Shown here: positions 61,673-64,000 of the stretch, one piece after another
How positions within the stretch are numbered: the stretch's first letter is position 1
How the letters are laid out: every line of letters begins with the position of its first letter
DNA from: Chiloscyllium plagiosum
Lineage: Eukaryota
Assembly (NCBI RefSeq): GCF_004010195.1
Contig: NC_057718.1
Span: 68,079,872-68,143,871, forward strand
DNA length: 64,000 bases
Direction: 5' to 3'
Notes under the pieces: generated by a model
Told to the model about the DNA's origin: nothing
Databases searched by the model: none
What the model saw: only the letters and a program-made list of their open reading frames with translations
Position numbers and translations under genes: made by a program

Positions 61673-62914
61673 ATCCCCTGTTTATATTGGTCAACCAGGG
61701 CTCCCTGATTGGTCGAGGTTAACAATCTCAATCAAGGATCTCATAGTGAATAAGATTCACCTGGTTCTAATCAGTACACTTCCAAAATTAACAGCTTCAC
61801 ATTATATTCCATTTGCCAATATTTTACACAATTAGCCTATCAGTATCTCTCTGTAAACTGTTTGTATCCCTCTCACAACTCACCTTTCCACCTATTTTTC
61901 AGTAGTCTGCAAACTTGGCTACAGTACATTAGCTTCCTTCATCCACATCAAACTTGATCAGTGGTGCTGTTGCCAAGTCCATCTTGATTGAGTTGAAGTC
62001 CTGTACCCGGAGTATGTTCTTTGCCCTTGCTATCCTTAGTACTTCTTCCAAGGAGTACGGATTCATCGACTGGTTGATGACAATCAGCAGGAGATTTGCC
62101 GATGTGTAACCTCCTGTCATGCTACTACATGAGTCGAGAATCGAATGTTGAGGATTCTCAAAGCCAGTCATTCCTGTCACTGCTGCCATCCCTGTTGTCT
62201 TTCTCCTGTAAACTCAATAGGAAGTGACAATAAATGGAAAAGTAAGTGTCTTAAGACAAATATGACTGTCAGATTTGATTGTGTAGATTAGGAGACAGTT
62301 CCCCAGTTGTAACACAAATGTTAGTGAGGAAGATTTTGCACAGTTATTTGGTCTGGAAGTTGAAGAGTTTTATGGACTAAATAAGGAAAAATCATATTGT
62401 TGCAAGTTATGATCTGAATTGCACTGGCTGATACGGTATTGGAAATAGAATTCGTTGTAATTTTCAACATACTATAAACTTGAAAAGAAGCAACTTGCAG
62501 CAGTATGGGAATAGAGCAAGAGTGTGAGACTAATCGGGTAGCTCTTTCAAAGAGTTGGCACACTTACATTGTGTTGAATGGTGTACTGCTCTGTAAGATT
62601 TCATGATTCTAATTGAGAATTCAATGAAAAATTATCGCCATTTAAGATTATCACTGCAAGTGCAGGGAAAGGTTGGGAAAATTTCTTTATGTAAGGACTG
62701 CTTTGTCACTGGTGAATTATATTAGTTTGTAAAATAATATAGAAGAAGAGTTAATTGCCGAAAAGGAAATCCAAGTAGTGATTAATTCTTTTTTGGTATA
62801 ATTGAGGAAAGTAACTTAATCCAGGGAGACCTGAATTTGCTGATTCTAGCGCACTTTACCCATCAGCAGTGAATATTCAAAGAACTATCTTTGTAATACG
62901 GATCTTCTAGGATT

Positions 62915-63260
62915 TTGATTCATTCGGAGGATGTGGGAAGTTCTAACTAGGCCAGCATTTTTTTGCCAATCCCTAATTGCCCAAAAATCAGTTAAGAGTC
63001 AATTACATTGTTGTGGATCTGGAATCACATATAGACCAGAACAAATAAAAATGGCAGATTCCCTTCCCTAAATAGCATTAGCGAACCAGATGGCTTTTTT
63101 AAACAATTAGTGATGGTTGCCATTAGGCCAGATCTTGCTTCCACATTTTTTTAATTGAATTGAAATTTCACGATCTGCCACGTTGAATTTGAACTCGTTC
63201 ACAAAACAGTAGCCTCGGGTTGTAGGTTGCTAGTCCAGTCATGTCCCCACAAAACCACCC
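62915..63260 (-). mobile_element. SINE family B copy
   Basis: TAGGCCAGCATTT...CCCTAATTGCCC and GGATCTGGAATCACATATAGACCAGA are the reverse complement of the 12175-12510 body and tail. Confidence 0.7.
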
Positions 63261-64000
63261 TCAATAGCACTTCCTGTAGTTTTTCAATCATAATTTATTA
63301 TATTCACTTCTACGATATAAAATGATACTGTAAACCCTATCTGTTGAAACTGTTGAAAAAGTGAATTGAGCAATTAACTGAATGAAACATGTCAAGTGTT
63401 TGTGTCTTTGTGTCAATAAGCCAAAATATTAGAACAAGCAAAAATAATTTTCATGTGAACTGACTTTTGAACAATCTTTTTTACTCTTAACTTAAAAATA
63501 AACATGGATGGGCATCAAGTTTTCATGTCTAAATTTTACTTGGCAGTTTGGAAATATTCTGCCACCTCTGCAGAGTAGTACAGTATAACAATGACAGGGT
63601 ACACACAGACAAAGTTGTACCGACATTTTCTTGTTTAAAAAGCTCCTCAATTCTAAAATATTGATGATCTGTGTCCCAGAGCATATTTAATCACATCATG
63701 TTCAATTGATACCTGCAGATTCTTCCATTTTAAAATTTGACCATTATGGTTCATAACGTATGTCATCGGATTGCTAATTTCAGCAGTATTGTAGAACTTT
63801 AGTTGTGATCCCCGTATTGGTTGGGATCACCGAATTCCTTCTCTGAAGACAGATGAAATGAGTTCTCAGTAATCTGTTTCTATCTGGATGTTAAACCATA
63901 TCAAAACAATTTTCCAGTTTCATTCGGGCATTATTGACTGTACAAATTTATAGCATTATGCCAAATGACACATTAAGCCACTACCAACTAATTCCTACTA

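Larger units (their letters stand above)
58111..61778 (-). mobile_element. Small solo LTR (~215 bp net: 58111-58230 plus ~61685-61778), Gypsy-like, host of a stacked insertion array
   Basis: TG...CA ends. On the minus strand: CCAAT (61712-61708 and 61690-61686), TATAAA (61686-61681) and, beyond the array, AATAAA (58163-58158). No clear TSD. Confidence 0.65.
57690..61940 (-). mobile_element. Old CR1 fragment split by the LTR (pieces ~57690-58110 and 61779-61940)
   Basis: GGTGAACCTTCTCTAAACTGCCTCCAA before the LTR. CTTCCAAAATT...ACATTATATTCCATTTGCCA and TCTGCAAACTTGGCTA after it continue the antisense CR1 RT. Confidence 0.65.

Noticed and set aside
58398..61690. CRISPR-like array of a short repeat with intervening spacers
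   Set aside because: Vertebrate intron. The spacers are homologous to one another, vary from tens to hundreds of bp and carry poly(A) tails, and there are no cas genes. Better explained as TSDs of retro-insertions.
54102..64000. Next ARID1B exon (SSTISVHDPF-like)
   Set aside because: Not found by eye. GAAGATCCATTC at 57421 hits a stop within three codons and lacks an acceptor, so the exon is presumably beyond the window.

Overview
Vertebrate genomic DNA with four N-gaps (8861-9453, 19808-20133, 60476-61384 are the large ones). The SINE/LINE repertoire suggests a cartilaginous fish, probably a shark (inference). The whole window lies inside one + strand gene, ARID1B. Six internal coding exons (10623-10768, 36650-36762, 37286-37444, 42031-42237, 44074-44278, 53969-54101) have GT-AG boundaries, join in frame and encode the ARID domain; the gene start and end are outside the window. 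The introns are a nested mosaic of CR1 LINEs, a second CR1-group LINE with its partner SINE, HE1-type and Deu-type SINEs, Penelope-like elements carrying hammerhead ribozyme cores, and solo LTRs. The most striking structure is at 58111-61778: a ~215-bp solo LTR expanded to ~3.7 kb by about a dozen polyadenylated, 5'-truncated insertions, mostly Tx1-like LINE 3' ends. Nearly all junctions carry the same motif (minus strand ATAAACAGGGGAT), which overlaps the LTR TATA box. That motif resembles the tRNA-Thr anticodon arm/variable loop, and one insert is a tRNA-Thr-like 5' fragment. This suggests a sequence-specific retrotransposon system targeting tRNA-Thr-like sequence and/or an LTR promoter. Transposon boundaries are read by eye and approximate unless a TSD is quoted. 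Homology statements come from recalled knowledge, not database searches.
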